Assembly: GCA_028717245.1 (NCBI GenBank)
Contig: JAQUOD010000002.1
Coordinates: forward strand, 204,772 to 268,771
Direction: 5' to 3'
Origin: Candidatus Omnitrophota bacterium
GTDB taxonomy: Bacteria; Omnitrophota; Gorgyraeia; Gygaellales; Profunditerraquicolaceae
DNA: 64,000 nt
Shown here: positions 35,998 to 45,821 of the stretch, piece after piece
How the letters are laid out: the number at the start of each line of letters is the position of its first letter
Position numbering within the stretch: the stretch's first letter is position 1
Translations under genes and position numbers: made by a program
The notes under the pieces: generated by a model
Databases searched by the model: none
Told to the model about the DNA's origin: nothing
The model's input: the letters and a program-made list of their open reading frames with translations, nothing else

Positions 35998-37896
35998 ATG
36001 GATAATTATGACGTCATCGTTATCGGTGCAGGGCACGCGGGCATAGAAGCAGCCTTAGCTTGCGCACGCATGGGCGCTAAGACGCTGATTTTAACCTTAA
36101 AGCGCGATACCATAGGCCTGATGAGCTGTAATCCCGCTATCGGCGGCGTGGGCAAGGGCCAGCTGGTGAAAGAAGCCGATGCCTTGGGCGCAGAGATGGC
36201 CAAGGCAGCTGATGCCTGCGGGATACAGTTTCGCATACTCAATGCCTCTAAAGGCGCGGCAGTGCAGTCATCGCGCGCGCAGATAGACCGCAATAAATAT
36301 AAGCAGTATATGCAAAAGTTGCTCCAGGGCCAGGAGAATCTTTTTATAAAGGAGGCGGAGGCGAGCAGTTTAATCGTGGAGGGTAATTTTGTAAGAGGAG
36401 TACTCACGAATAAGAATGAAGAGATTAATTCTTCTACTGTGATTATTTGTCCGGGGACTTTTTTGGACGGTTTAATACACATAGGCCTGAATCATTTTAG
36501 CGCAGGCAGGATTGATGAGCCCGCGGCATCCGGCTTGGCAAAAAACTTAAAAGAATTAGGGTTTAATTTACTCAGGTTCAAGACCGGCACCTGCCCGCGT
36601 TTAGATAAAAACACCATAAATTTTTCTCAATTAACCGTTCAGCAAGGCGATAGCCCGGCGCGCCCCTTTTCTTTTTCTACTAAAGAAATAACCCAAAGAC
36701 AGATCCCCTGCCACATCACTTACACCAATAATAATACCCATAAGATTATCCGGGATAATCTGGATGAGTCTCCTCTATATACCGGCATAATTAAAGCTAC
36801 AGGCGTAAGGTACTGCCCGTCAATTGAAGATAAGGTGGTTAAATTCAGCGATAAGCAGAGGCACCAGGTATTTTTAGAACCGGAAGGTTATGAAAGCGAT
36901 GAAGTCTACCCCAATGGTTTAGCCACGAGCCTGCCTGAGGAAGCGCAGCTTAAGATTTTACATTCCATAGGGGGTTTAGAAAATGTCAGAGTAATTAAGT
37001 TCGGCTATGGCATAGAGCATACGGTAGTTGAGCCCACGCAACTTTATCCTACCCTAGAAACAAAGTTGATTAAGAACCTGTATCTTGCCGGACAGATAAA
37101 CGGCACTACCGGTTACGAAGAAGCCGCAGCCCAGGGGTTGGTAGCGGGTATAAATGCTGCTTTGCGGGTAAAAAATAAAGAGCCGCTGATTTTAGACCGT
37201 GCCTCAAGTTATATCGGGGTATTAATTGACGATTTGACTACCAAAGGCACAAACGAGCCCTATCGGATGTTTACCTCGCGCGTAGAATACCGCCTCATTT
37301 TACGCGAAGACAACGCGGATTTACGCCTGAGGAAGACAGGCTATGATTTAGGCCTGGTGAGTAAGGCGGATTACGAAAAATCCCAGGAGAAAGAGCAGGC
37401 TATAAAGCAGGCGGTTAATTTATTAAAGACGCATTACCTTAAGCCTACGCCGCAGGTTAATAACCGTCTTGCGGATTTAAAGACTTCGCCTATAAGAAAG
37501 GTAGTCAGCCTGGAGGAAATTTTAAAAAGGCCAGAGATAAGTTTCAAGGACTTAGAGGGTCTTGATGGGATGGGGCTGGATATCCAGGAATCTGCTTTGC
37601 GTCAGGCAGAAATAGAGGTAAAATATGCTGGGTTTATCCAGAGGCAATTAAGTGAGGTAGAGCGCTTTAAGAACCTTGAGAAGATAAGAATACCCCGGGA
37701 TTTAGATTATGGTAATATTTGCGGCCTTTCGCGGGAGATAAAAGAAAAGTTGCATAATCTTAAACCGATTAACCTGGGTCAGGCCTCGCGGATTTCCGGA
37801 GTAACCCCGGTAGCCATTTCCCTTTTGATGGTATATTTGAAAAAGATCAGCCTACGCCTGCCTAGGGCTAAAGCCCGGGGTTTGCCAAATGTATAA
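35998..37896 (+). CDS. mnmG: tRNA uridine 5-carboxymethylaminomethyl modification enzyme
   Basis: N-terminal FAD fold YDVIVIGAGHAGIEAALACARMG and the overall GidA layout. Confidence 0.85.
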   Translation: MDNYDVIVIGAGHAGIEAALACARMGAKTLILTLKRDTIGLMSCNPAIGGVGKGQLVKEADALGAEMAKAADACGIQFRILNASKGAAVQSSRAQIDRNKYKQYMQKLLQGQENLFIKEAEASSLIVEGNFVRGVLTNKNEEINSSTVIICPGTFLDGLIHIGLNHFSAGRIDEPAASGLAKNLKELGFNLLRFKTGTCPRLDKNTINFSQLTVQQGDSPARPFSFSTKEITQRQIPCHITYTNNNTHKIIRDNLDESPLYTGIIKATGVRYCPSIEDKVVKFSDKQRHQVFLEPEGYESDEVYPNGLATSLPEEAQLKILHSIGGLENVRVIKFGYGIEHTVVEPTQLYPTLETKLIKNLYLAGQINGTTGYEEAAAQGLVAGINAALRVKNKEPLILDRASSYIGVLIDDLTTKGTNEPYRMFTSRVEYRLILREDNADLRLRKTGYDLGLVSKADYEKSQEKEQAIKQAVNLLKTHYLKPTPQVNNRLADLKTSPIRKVVSLEEILKRPEISFKDLEGLDGMGLDIQESALRQAEIEVKYAGFIQRQLSEVERFKNLEKIRIPRDLDYGNICGLSREIKEKLHNLKPINLGQASRISGVTPVAISLLMVYLKKISLRLPRAKARGLPNV

Positions 37897-38560
37897 AAAT
37901 TACCTGATGACAAAACGGTTTTGCCGTAGCCTGGGCGTAGATTTATTTGGCGTGGCGGATATTTCTAAGATAAAGGATGAGTTCGCGCTTTCAAAAAAGG
38001 TTTTAGATAAGTTTGACCGGGCGATCTGTATGGGGGTGAGGTTATCCGCAGGTATATTGGAAGAAATAACGCAGGCGCCCACGCGTTTATATTTCCACCA
38101 CTATCGCACAGCCAATGCCTTTATGGATCAGGCAGCGTTTAAAGTTTGTAATTGGATACAGTCTAAGGGTTATCTGGCCATACCCATACCCGCCTCTCAG
38201 ATTTTAGATTGGCAGAATCAGAAGGCCCACCTTTCACATAAGAGGCTGGGTGTTTTAGCCGGCCTAGGCTGGATAGGCAGAAACAACCTCTTGGTAAATA
38301 AAAAATTGGGCAGCCAGTTCCGTTTAGTTTCCATCCTGACGGATATGCCCTTAAAAGCAGATAAGCCGCTTAAACAGGATTGCGGGCCTTGCCGGCTTTG
38401 TATTACGGTTTGCCCTTGCGCTGCCATAAAAGATAATCCTGCGGATTTTGACTATTTGAAATGCTTTGAAAAATTAAAAGAATTCCAAAAACAGCATTTA
38501 GTTGACCAGTATGTCTGCGGGGTGTGCGTGAACGCCTGCCAGGGGGTTGAAAAAAAATGA
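37889..38560 (+). CDS. QueG-like 4Fe-4S protein (short homolog of the epoxyqueuosine reductase core; C-terminal HEAT region absent)
   Basis: GWIGRNNLLVNKKLGSQFRLVSILTDMPL..D.P..CGPCRLCITVCPCAAI parallels the QueG catalytic segment. A second Cys cluster is CGVCVNAC. Confidence 0.45.
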   Translation: MYKNYLMTKRFCRSLGVDLFGVADISKIKDEFALSKKVLDKFDRAICMGVRLSAGILEEITQAPTRLYFHHYRTANAFMDQAAFKVCNWIQSKGYLAIPIPASQILDWQNQKAHLSHKRLGVLAGLGWIGRNNLLVNKKLGSQFRLVSILTDMPLKADKPLKQDCGPCRLCITVCPCAAIKDNPADFDYLKCFEKLKEFQKQHLVDQYVCGVCVNACQGVEKK

Positions 38561-39252
38561 AAGAGAAAATCCTGATTGTGGAAGACGAGAGAGATATCGT
38601 CAAGATGCTGGAGTATAATCTTAAGAAAGAAGGATTTAGGACCATATCGGTTTATGACGGAGAAGATGCTTTAGATTCGGCAAACAGGGAGCACCCTGAC
38701 CTTATTCTTTTGGATTTAATGCTGCCCGGGATGGATGGCCTTGAGGTCTGCAAGGCGCTAAAGAAAGAGATTAAGACCGCATCTATACCCATTATTATGC
38801 TTACGGCTAAGAGCCAGGAATCGGATAAGGTAGTAGGGTTGGAATTAGGCGCCGACGATTATATTACCAAACCCTTTAGCCCCAGGGAGCTGATTGCCCG
38901 GATTAAGGCAGTCTTACGCCGGGTGAAAGACAAGGAAAAGCCGCCTGAGGCCTTGAAAATCGGAGATTTAAGTATTGATTTTTCCAAGATTCAGGTAAGC
39001 GTAAAAGGAAAACCGGTAGAATTGACTTCCAAAGAATTCGAACTTTTGCGGGTACTTATAAAAGCTAAAGGTAGATTTCTCTCCCGAGATTATCTTTTAG
39101 ATACTATCTGGGGTTTTGACCATGCCATAGAGATAGAGACCCGTACAGTAGATGTGCATATCAGGACGCTACGCAAAAAATTAAAAAGCGAGGCCAGGCG
39201 GATTATTACCGTAAAGAATTACGGCTACAGATTTGAAGCAGAAGAGGACTAA
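38557..39252 (+). CDS. phoB: OmpR-family response regulator, phosphate regulon type
   Basis: Receiver domain with DLILLDLMLPGMDG plus a winged-helix output domain. Adjacent to phoR and the pst operon. Confidence 0.75.
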   Translation: MKEKILIVEDERDIVKMLEYNLKKEGFRTISVYDGEDALDSANREHPDLILLDLMLPGMDGLEVCKALKKEIKTASIPIIMLTAKSQESDKVVGLELGADDYITKPFSPRELIARIKAVLRRVKDKEKPPEALKIGDLSIDFSKIQVSVKGKPVELTSKEFELLRVLIKAKGRFLSRDYLLDTIWGFDHAIEIETRTVDVHIRTLRKKLKSEARRIITVKNYGYRFEAEED

Positions 39253-39318
39253 AGCTAAAATATGACCCATTCGACTTTCGCTTTAGGGTCATCCTGAGCG
39301 ACCGGAGGGAGCAGAAGG

Positions 39319-40434
39319 ATGATATTTTTTAAGCGCAACCGATACCTTAAATTAATCGAAGGCTTAAACGCCAAGATTACGGCGTTAAATGAAAAAATCC
39401 ATAAATTAGAAAGCGAAAACAGCCAGATGCAGGCCATCTTAAGCAGCATGGCAGAGGGGGTTATCGCTGTTGATAAGGAATCAAGGATCCTTTCTATCAA
39501 TCCCGCGATAGAGAAAATATTTAATATTATAAAGAAAGACGCCGGAGGGAAATTTTTTCTTGAGGTCATCCGCAATAACGACATTTCGGAAATTATAAAT
39601 AACGTTCTAAAGAAAGGGGAATTTATATCAAAAGAACTAAATCTGGTCTGGCCCATCCAGAAAGTTTTTCAGATTAATGCTTCGCCTCTCTTTGAAAATG
39701 CTGCTGTAAACGGATGTTTAGTAGTCTTACACGATATTACCGAGATAAGGAAACTAGAGAAGATGCGCTCGGATTTTGTGGCAAACGTATCGCATGAACT
39801 CAAAACCCCGCTTACCTCCATAAAGGGTTTTGTGGAGACCCTTCTTGAGGGTGCGTTAGAAGACAAAAAGAATAGCCGTCATTTTTTAGAGATCATCCAG
39901 GAGCACGCCAACCGGCTGAATATCCTTATTAGAGACCTGCTGGATTTATCGTACCTTGAATCCCAAGAGGCGCAATTACATAAAGAAGAAATCAATCTTA
40001 AAGATTTGACCGACGACATCTTAGCCGGGTTTAAATCACAATTAAAAAAGGGCCCTATCAAAGCCGAGAATAACTTACCCGCTGGCTTATCAGTAAAAGC
40101 AGATAAAGATAAAATCGGGCAAGTCCTGACTAATCTTATTGATAATGCCATAAAGTTTAACCGCGAAAACGGCACAATCAAAATTTATGAGCAGGATTCA
40201 GCGGATAAAATAAAAATTGTTGTAGAAGACTCCGGTACCGGCATTCCCCCTAAAGATATCCCCCGTATTTTTGAGCGTTTTTACCGCGTAGATAAAGCGC
40301 GCTCGCGCGAACTCGGCGGCACGGGCCTGGGGCTATCCATCGTAAAGCATATTGTAGAATTACACGGCGGTTCAGTCGGCGTAGAAAGTACCGAAGGCTT
40401 AGGCTCCGGGTTCTTCTTTACCCTCCCCAAGTAA
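39319..40434 (+). CDS. phoR: sensor histidine kinase (PAS + HisKA + HATPase), PhoR-like
   Basis: H-box SHELKTPL plus N, G1 and G2 boxes; PAS segment upstream. Confidence 0.7.
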   Translation: MIFFKRNRYLKLIEGLNAKITALNEKIHKLESENSQMQAILSSMAEGVIAVDKESRILSINPAIEKIFNIIKKDAGGKFFLEVIRNNDISEIINNVLKKGEFISKELNLVWPIQKVFQINASPLFENAAVNGCLVVLHDITEIRKLEKMRSDFVANVSHELKTPLTSIKGFVETLLEGALEDKKNSRHFLEIIQEHANRLNILIRDLLDLSYLESQEAQLHKEEINLKDLTDDILAGFKSQLKKGPIKAENNLPAGLSVKADKDKIGQVLTNLIDNAIKFNRENGTIKIYEQDSADKIKIVVEDSGTGIPPKDIPRIFERFYRVDKARSRELGGTGLGLSIVKHIVELHGGSVGVESTEGLGSGFFFTLPK

Positions 40435-40447
40435 ACCCTTTATTTAA

Positions 40448-40456
40448 CCCCCCCCC
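40448..40456 (+). repeat. C9 homopolymer tract in the phoR-porin intergenic region
   Basis: Nine consecutive C residues in an AT-rich spacer. Confidence 0.9.
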
Positions 40457-40631
40457 AATAATTTTACCTACTTTTTACTTATCCTATAAGTTTATTTAAC
40501 GCCCTTAGTTTATACTTCTTTTAGAAATCAAAAGAAAGGAGGTTAAATATTACTTGAGTTGAGTCTATTATATGCAGTTTGTATTTTAGGCGGTTTAAAG
40601 GAAAAGTATCATTCTAAAAAGGAGTATAACG

Positions 40632-41285
40632 ATGAAGAAAGAAATTCTTGCGGCGGTTGGATTAAGCCTAATGATAGCCGGGCCGGTTTACGCTTACGAT
40701 GACGGAGATTTTCAGCTATGGCATACCGAGAACCAGGAATTTAAGGCCAGCAAGGAATCAAAGGTAACCTTAGAAGAAGAATTCCGCTGGGGCGACGATG
40801 CCAGTGATTTCTATTATCAGCATTATGACGCGGGGTTTGTTTATAGTTTGAATAAGAGTTTGGACTTGGGGTTAAATTATCGGCAGGTTTATGAAAAGAA
40901 GGGTAGTAAATTTAAAGAAGAAAACCGGCCCCATATAAATGCTACCCTGAAGTGGGATTTAGCGGGATTCAAATTTGATGACCGTAACCGCTTTGAGTAC
41001 AGGCATTTCAACTACCAGACAGATTACGGCCGCTACCGTAACAAGTTCAACGTAAAATTTCCCTGGAAATTTACCAAAATAGCAATCCAGCCGTATCTCG
41101 CGGATGAAATATTCTTAAACTTCAAATACAAGGCATTTAGCCGTAATCGGTTCTACGCTGGCTTTAGCATGGCTTTTACACAGAACGTTAAAGCAGAGGT
41201 CTATTATTTACTCCAAAGCAACAGGAGTTCGGATAGATGGACCGATGCCAATGCATTGGGTACGAAGCTAAAAATAGCCTTTTAA
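40632..41285 (+). CDS. outer-membrane beta-barrel protein (DUF2490-like), possible Pho-regulon porin
   Basis: Signal peptide ending in AYD, alternating amphipathic beta-strand pattern, C-terminal aromatic residue. Confidence 0.45.
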   Translation: MKKEILAAVGLSLMIAGPVYAYDDGDFQLWHTENQEFKASKESKVTLEEEFRWGDDASDFYYQHYDAGFVYSLNKSLDLGLNYRQVYEKKGSKFKEENRPHINATLKWDLAGFKFDDRNRFEYRHFNYQTDYGRYRNKFNVKFPWKFTKIAIQPYLADEIFLNFKYKAFSRNRFYAGFSMAFTQNVKAEVYYLLQSNRSSDRWTDANALGTKLKIAF

Positions 41286-41297
41286 TTTTTTCCGCTA

Positions 41298-41320
41298 AGG
41301 GCGGGATCCCGCCTTCTCTA
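41298..41320 (+). terminator. candidate terminator after the OM barrel gene
   Basis: GGGCGGGATCCCGCC palindrome followed by TTCTCT. Confidence 0.4.
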
Positions 41321-41338
41321 AATAGCCTTACGGGAAAA

Positions 41339-41377
41339 TTTTACACAGATTTTACATTATTCTCACACGGATATAAT
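41339..41377 (+). promoter_or_regulatory. Pho-box-like array: three 7-bp direct repeats at 11-bp periodicity (TTTTACA-caga-TTTTACA-ttat-TCTCACA), then TATAAT
   Basis: The 7-bp repeat plus 4-bp spacer architecture is characteristic of PhoB/PhoP sites. It lies 40 bp upstream of the pstS ATG. Confidence 0.55.
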
Positions 41378-41416
41378 ATGGATAAGATATCCTTTATTTA
41401 AAAATAGGGAGGAAAT

Positions 41417-42271
41417 ATGCTGAAAAAAATATTTATCATTTTATCCGTAATCATGTTCTTAAGGCCCGCCTTTGCTGCTATACAGAAAAATTCCATACAA
41501 ATAAAAGGCTCTGATACGATGGTTAATTTAGGCCAGGCCTGGGCTGAAAAATATATGGAGAAAAACGCAGGCGATTTCGTGGCAATTACCGGGGGAGGTT
41601 CAGGCACAGGGTTCTCCAGCCTCATCAGTAATACCTGCGATATTGCCATGAGTTCAAGAAACATCAAAGAGAAGGAAATCGCTCTCGCTAAACAAAAAGG
41701 TATAAACCCGGATGAAATTAAGGTAGCGCTGGACGGTTTGGCAGTGGTAGTAAACCCGGCTAACCCGGTGAATAGGCTTACCACAGATCAGCTTGCCGGG
41801 ATTTTTACCGGTAAAATTATCAACTGGAAAGATGTAGGCGGGCAAGAGAAGAAGATCGTCATCCTTTCGCGCGAGGTCAATTCCGGCACGCACGTTTATT
41901 TTAAAGAGCATGTTTTAAGAAGGAATGATCCGAATTCCAAAGAGGAGTTTTCCCCTGCCGCATTGTTATTATCTTCTTCGCAGGCCATTGCCGATGAAGT
42001 AGCGGGTAACCCCGCGGCAGTTGGTTATTACGGTATGGGTTATATCTCTAGCGGACAGAAAGCCATTGCAGTCGCAAAAGATGAGAAGTCCGGATATGTG
42101 GCGCCTACTATAGAAAATGTAATAAGCGGTAAATACCCGATATCCCGGCCGTTGTTTCTTTATACCAATGGGCGAGGAGAGGGGTTGGTTAAGAAGTTTA
42201 TAGATTTCTGTCTTTCAGAAGAAGGCCAGGCAATTGTTTTGAAGACAGACTTCGTTCCTATAAGCAGGTAA
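41417..42271 (+). CDS. pstS: phosphate ABC transporter substrate-binding protein
   Basis: GSDTMVNLGQAWAEKY and GGGSGTG phosphate-binding signatures. Confidence 0.85.
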   Translation: MLKKIFIILSVIMFLRPAFAAIQKNSIQIKGSDTMVNLGQAWAEKYMEKNAGDFVAITGGGSGTGFSSLISNTCDIAMSSRNIKEKEIALAKQKGINPDEIKVALDGLAVVVNPANPVNRLTTDQLAGIFTGKIINWKDVGGQEKKIVILSREVNSGTHVYFKEHVLRRNDPNSKEEFSPAALLLSSSQAIADEVAGNPAAVGYYGMGYISSGQKAIAVAKDEKSGYVAPTIENVISGKYPISRPLFLYTNGRGEGLVKKFIDFCLSEEGQAIVLKTDFVPISR

Positions 42272-42358
42272 TCCGATAGGTATGCGTAAATTAAAAGAAT
42301 TCATCCCCCTTCGCTAAAGCTTCGGGGGATTTCACTGAATAACAACATATTGTGTCCA

Positions 42359-43225
42359 ATGCGTAAAATTAAGGAGTTCATTATCGAGAAGCTCATTCTA
42401 CTCTGCGGCATTGCTTCAATATTTTTTGTGGTATTGATATTCCTGTTCCTGTTGAAAGAGGGGCTTGCGGTTTTTAAAACCGTAAGCCCTTTTCATTTTC
42501 TTTGCGGTAAAAACTGGTATCCCATTTCAGAGCCGGCGCAATTAGGGATACTCCCTTTGATACTTGGTTCGTTGTTGGTTACCTTTGGCGCTGCAATTAT
42601 TTCTGTTCCGATTGGTGTCGCCTGCGCAGTTTATATCGCTGAGATAGCGCCCGTAAAAATTAAAGAGGCCCTTAAATCGGGGATCGAGTTGTTAGCTGCT
42701 ATACCAAGCGTGGTCCTGGGATTCATCGGCATGGTGACGCTTGTGCCGTGGGTAAAGAATGTCTTTAATTTGCCTACCGGCCTGACTGCCTTATCCGGTT
42801 CAATAATGTTGGCATTTATGGCTATGCCTACGATAGTTTCTATCGCCGAAGATGCGCTTTATTCTATACCGAAAACTTATAAGGAAGGCGCCCTGGCATT
42901 AGGGGCAACGCAGTGGCAGGCAATATGGCGGGTGATGTTACCGGCGGCATCTTCAGGCATTCTGGCAGCGGTAATGCTGGGGATCGGCAGGGTTATCGGC
43001 GAAACTATGGCAGTGATGATGATTACGGGAAATGCCGCAGTTATCCCGCAGAGTATTTTAGCCCCGGTGAGGACTTTAACTGCTACCATTGCCGCTGAGA
43101 TGGGTGAGGCGGTAGTGGGGAGTGAACATTATTTTGCTTTATTTGCTATTGGCATAGTTTTATTTATCATCAGTTTTGCCATTAACGTAACCGCAGATTT
43201 AGCTCTACATAGAAGGCAAGAATGA
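42359..43225 (+). CDS. pstC: phosphate ABC transporter permease
   Basis: 6-TM PstC pattern. ATG 42359 is preferred over the TTG at 42350. Confidence 0.8.
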   Translation: MRKIKEFIIEKLILLCGIASIFFVVLIFLFLLKEGLAVFKTVSPFHFLCGKNWYPISEPAQLGILPLILGSLLVTFGAAIISVPIGVACAVYIAEIAPVKIKEALKSGIELLAAIPSVVLGFIGMVTLVPWVKNVFNLPTGLTALSGSIMLAFMAMPTIVSIAEDALYSIPKTYKEGALALGATQWQAIWRVMLPAASSGILAAVMLGIGRVIGETMAVMMITGNAAVIPQSILAPVRTLTATIAAEMGEAVVGSEHYFALFAIGIVLFIISFAINVTADLALHRRQE

Positions 43226-44070
43226 GGAACTCCCATAGAGTACAAAATATCGCCTTTTTCTTTTTATTCCTGGCAACCCTTTTAATAGTCGTGCCTGTGG
43301 GGTTAATTATAGTCATTATTATTCAAAAAGGCCTGCCTGCTATAAGCTGGCAGTTCCTTTCGGATATACCGCGCCAGGGTATGCGTAGCGGAGGGATATT
43401 CCCGGCAATCGTAGGCACAATATATTTAGTTTTGGGCGCGATTATCTTTGCCCTGCCCGTTGGATTGCTGGCAGCTATATATTTAAGCGAATACGCCAAA
43501 GATAATCTTCTCACCCGGATGATTAAGCTGGCGATTGTTAATTTAGCAGGTGTGCCTTCGGTGGTTTACGGCCTTTTTGGCCTGGCGTTATTCGTAGTCT
43601 TCTTTAAATTCGGGGTCTCGGTTCTTTCGGGTTCATTGACCTTGGGGATTATGATCCTGCCGATAATTATCACCACTTCGCGCGAGGCCCTAGAAAGCGT
43701 TCCGCATTCTTTCCGTGAAGTAAGTTTATCCTTGGGTGCTAGTAAATGGCAGACCATCAGGCACATTGTTTTACCTAATGCCATCCCCGGCATATTAACC
43801 GGGACCATCCTGGGCTTGGGCAGGGCTGCCGGTGAGACTGCGCCTATTCTTTTTACCGTGGCAGCTTTTTATCTGCCGCAACTACCAAAGTCTATTTTTG
43901 AGCAAGCCATGGCGTTACCTTATCACCTGTATGTTATTTCAACTCAAGTGCCTAATGTGGATGAGAAGGTAAGATATGGCACTGCCCTGGTTTTGTTAAC
44001 CCTGGTTCTGCTTATGAATCTACTTGCGATAATTATACGTTATCAATTCAGAAAGAAAAAGAGATGGTAA
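43222..44070 (+). CDS. pstA: phosphate ABC transporter permease
   Basis: PstA pattern; ATGA overlap with pstC. Confidence 0.8.
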   Translation: MRNSHRVQNIAFFFLFLATLLIVVPVGLIIVIIIQKGLPAISWQFLSDIPRQGMRSGGIFPAIVGTIYLVLGAIIFALPVGLLAAIYLSEYAKDNLLTRMIKLAIVNLAGVPSVVYGLFGLALFVVFFKFGVSVLSGSLTLGIMILPIIITTSREALESVPHSFREVSLSLGASKWQTIRHIVLPNAIPGILTGTILGLGRAAGETAPILFTVAAFYLPQLPKSIFEQAMALPYHLYVISTQVPNVDEKVRYGTALVLLTLVLLMNLLAIIIRYQFRKKKRW

Positions 44071-44810
44071 AGCTTGAGATACACGACCTCAATATATGGT
44101 TTGGTTCATTGCACGCCATAAAACAGGCGAACATGGAGATCCAATCTAATGAGATCCTGAGTATAATAGGGCCGGCGAATAGCGGTAAGACTACTCTCTT
44201 AAGGGCTTTGAACCGCCTGAATGATCTTAATGCGAATTATAGGATGGACGGGGCAGTAGAATTTGAAAGAGAGGATATCCGCAGGTTCGATATAGAATTA
44301 TTGCGCCGTAAAATAGGTATGGTATTCGCCTTGCCATTACCGCTTCCTTTATCCATATTTGACAATGTGGCATATGGGATAAGGATGCACGGGGAAAGAA
44401 ATAAGAAAAGGCTGGAAGAAAAAGTCCGGGAGGCATTACGGCAGGCGTATCTTTTTGAAGAAGTGAAAGGGAGGCTGGATGAGTCAGCCTTTAAACTTTC
44501 GGGAGGCCAACAGCAGCGCCTGTGTATTGCAAGGACACTGGCAGTTGAACCTGAGATAATCTTGTTTGATGAACCATGCTCGGGCCTTGACCCTATTTCT
44601 ACGGCGAAAGTAGAAGACGCTATGATTAAACTAAAAGAGAAATATACCATAATCCTGGTGACTAATAACGTTAAACAGGCAGCGAGAGTAGGAAATAGAA
44701 CGGCATTTTTCTTAAACGGCGAGCTTATTGAAATAGATAAGACCGAAAGAATTTTTACTGCTCCTTCTGATAAGAGGACCGAGGGTTATATTTTAGGAAA
44801 GTTCGGATAA
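44064..44810 (+). CDS. pstB: phosphate ABC transporter ATP-binding protein (copy 1)
   Basis: Walker A GPANSGKTT, signature LSGGQQQRL, Walker B ILFDEP. Confidence 0.85.
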   Translation: MVKLEIHDLNIWFGSLHAIKQANMEIQSNEILSIIGPANSGKTTLLRALNRLNDLNANYRMDGAVEFEREDIRRFDIELLRRKIGMVFALPLPLPLSIFDNVAYGIRMHGERNKKRLEEKVREALRQAYLFEEVKGRLDESAFKLSGGQQQRLCIARTLAVEPEIILFDEPCSGLDPISTAKVEDAMIKLKEKYTIILVTNNVKQAARVGNRTAFFLNGELIEIDKTERIFTAPSDKRTEGYILGKFG

Positions 44811-44814
44811 TGAG

Positions 44815-44940
44815 GGCGTAAAGTGTAAAGCGCCTGCCTGCCGGCAGGCAGGAAAAGCGTAGAACTAAAACGCAAAGTTTAAAACATTTTTAAGTTTTAC
44901 ACTTCAACTTTACGCCTTGCGCTTTGAGTTTTACGTTAAA
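44815..44940. repeat. structured spacer between the two pstB copies: perfect 21-bp palindrome GCCTGCCTGCCGGCAGGCAGG flanked by ~23-bp imperfect inverted repeats
   Basis: Palindrome at 44842-44862. GGCGTAAAGTGTAAAGCGC at 44816-44834 pairs with GTTTTACACTTCAACTTTACGCC at 44895-44917. Confidence 0.7.
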
Positions 44941-44944
44941 ATAT

Positions 44945-45748
44945 ATGTACAAAATAGTCACTAAAAATCTGAATCTCTGGTATAGCGGGTTTCATGCTTT
45001 AAAGAATGTAGACTCGGTATTTAAGGAAGATAAGATTACAGCTATTATCGGTCCTTCGGGCTGTGGAAAATCAACTCTGCTCAGGGTTTTTAACCGGATG
45101 AATGATTTGATTGAAGGCGTACGTACTTCAGGCGAAGTTTTAATTGATGGCACAGATATTATTGATTCTCCCGCTATTGTTCCTAATACGCTTGCCGGAT
45201 CCCGCCAAAAGCGGGAAAAAATAGATTTGGTTGTCCTGCGCAAGAAAGTGGGCATGGTATTCCAGAGGCCTAACCCTTTTCCTCTCTCAATTTACGAGAA
45301 CATTGTTTTTGGAGAGAGAATTCACGCTGACTCTATCAGCAGGGATAAATTAGATGAAATTGTAGAGGAGAGTTTAAGGTCAGTCCTCTTGTGGAAGGAA
45401 TTAAAAGATAAGCTCCGTAAGCCGGCATTAGGGTTATCATTAGAACAGAAGCAGAGGCTTTGTATTGCCCGCCTCATAGCCGTTAAACCCGGCATATTAT
45501 TGATGGATGAACCCTGTTCTGCCCTGGACCCCCAGGCTACCGCCAGGATCGAAGAATTAATGCGTGAGCTTAGGAATAATTATACTATAATAATAGTTAC
45601 CCATAATATGCAGCAGGCAGCGCGCGTTTCTGATGAAACGGGGTTTATGCTTTTAGGCGAATTGATAGAGTCCGGCAGGACCGAAGATATTTTTACCAAT
45701 CCCAAAGACAGGCGCACCGAGGATTATATTACGGGGAGGTACGGATAA
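44945..45748 (+). CDS. pstB: phosphate ABC transporter ATP-binding protein (copy 2; B. subtilis pstBA/pstBB-like tandem arrangement)
   Basis: Walker [10 protein letters not shown], signature LSLEQKQRL, Walker B LLMDEP. Start taken at the internal ATG 44945. Confidence 0.8.
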   Translation: MYKIVTKNLNLWYSGFHALKNVDSVFKEDKITAIIGPSGCGKSTLLRVFNRMNDLIEGVRTSGEVLIDGTDIIDSPAIVPNTLAGSRQKREKIDLVVLRKKVGMVFQRPNPFPLSIYENIVFGERIHADSISRDKLDEIVEESLRSVLLWKELKDKLRKPALGLSLEQKQRLCIARLIAVKPGILLMDEPCSALDPQATARIEELMRELRNNYTIIIVTHNMQQAARVSDETGFMLLGELIESGRTEDIFTNPKDRRTEDYITGRYG

Positions 45749-45821
45749 TCCCTCGCCGCAATTTGTAATAGATGGTGGCTCGGGATGAAATTCCAGATAA
45801 TAAAAGAAAGGGGAAATTTCA

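Noticed and set aside
44924-44944. Upstream start (44924) for the second pstB given by the ORF track
   Set aside because: It would add MSFTLKY translated from the inverted-repeat element. Homologous PstB proteins begin near the MYKIV... position, so the ATG at 44945 was used.
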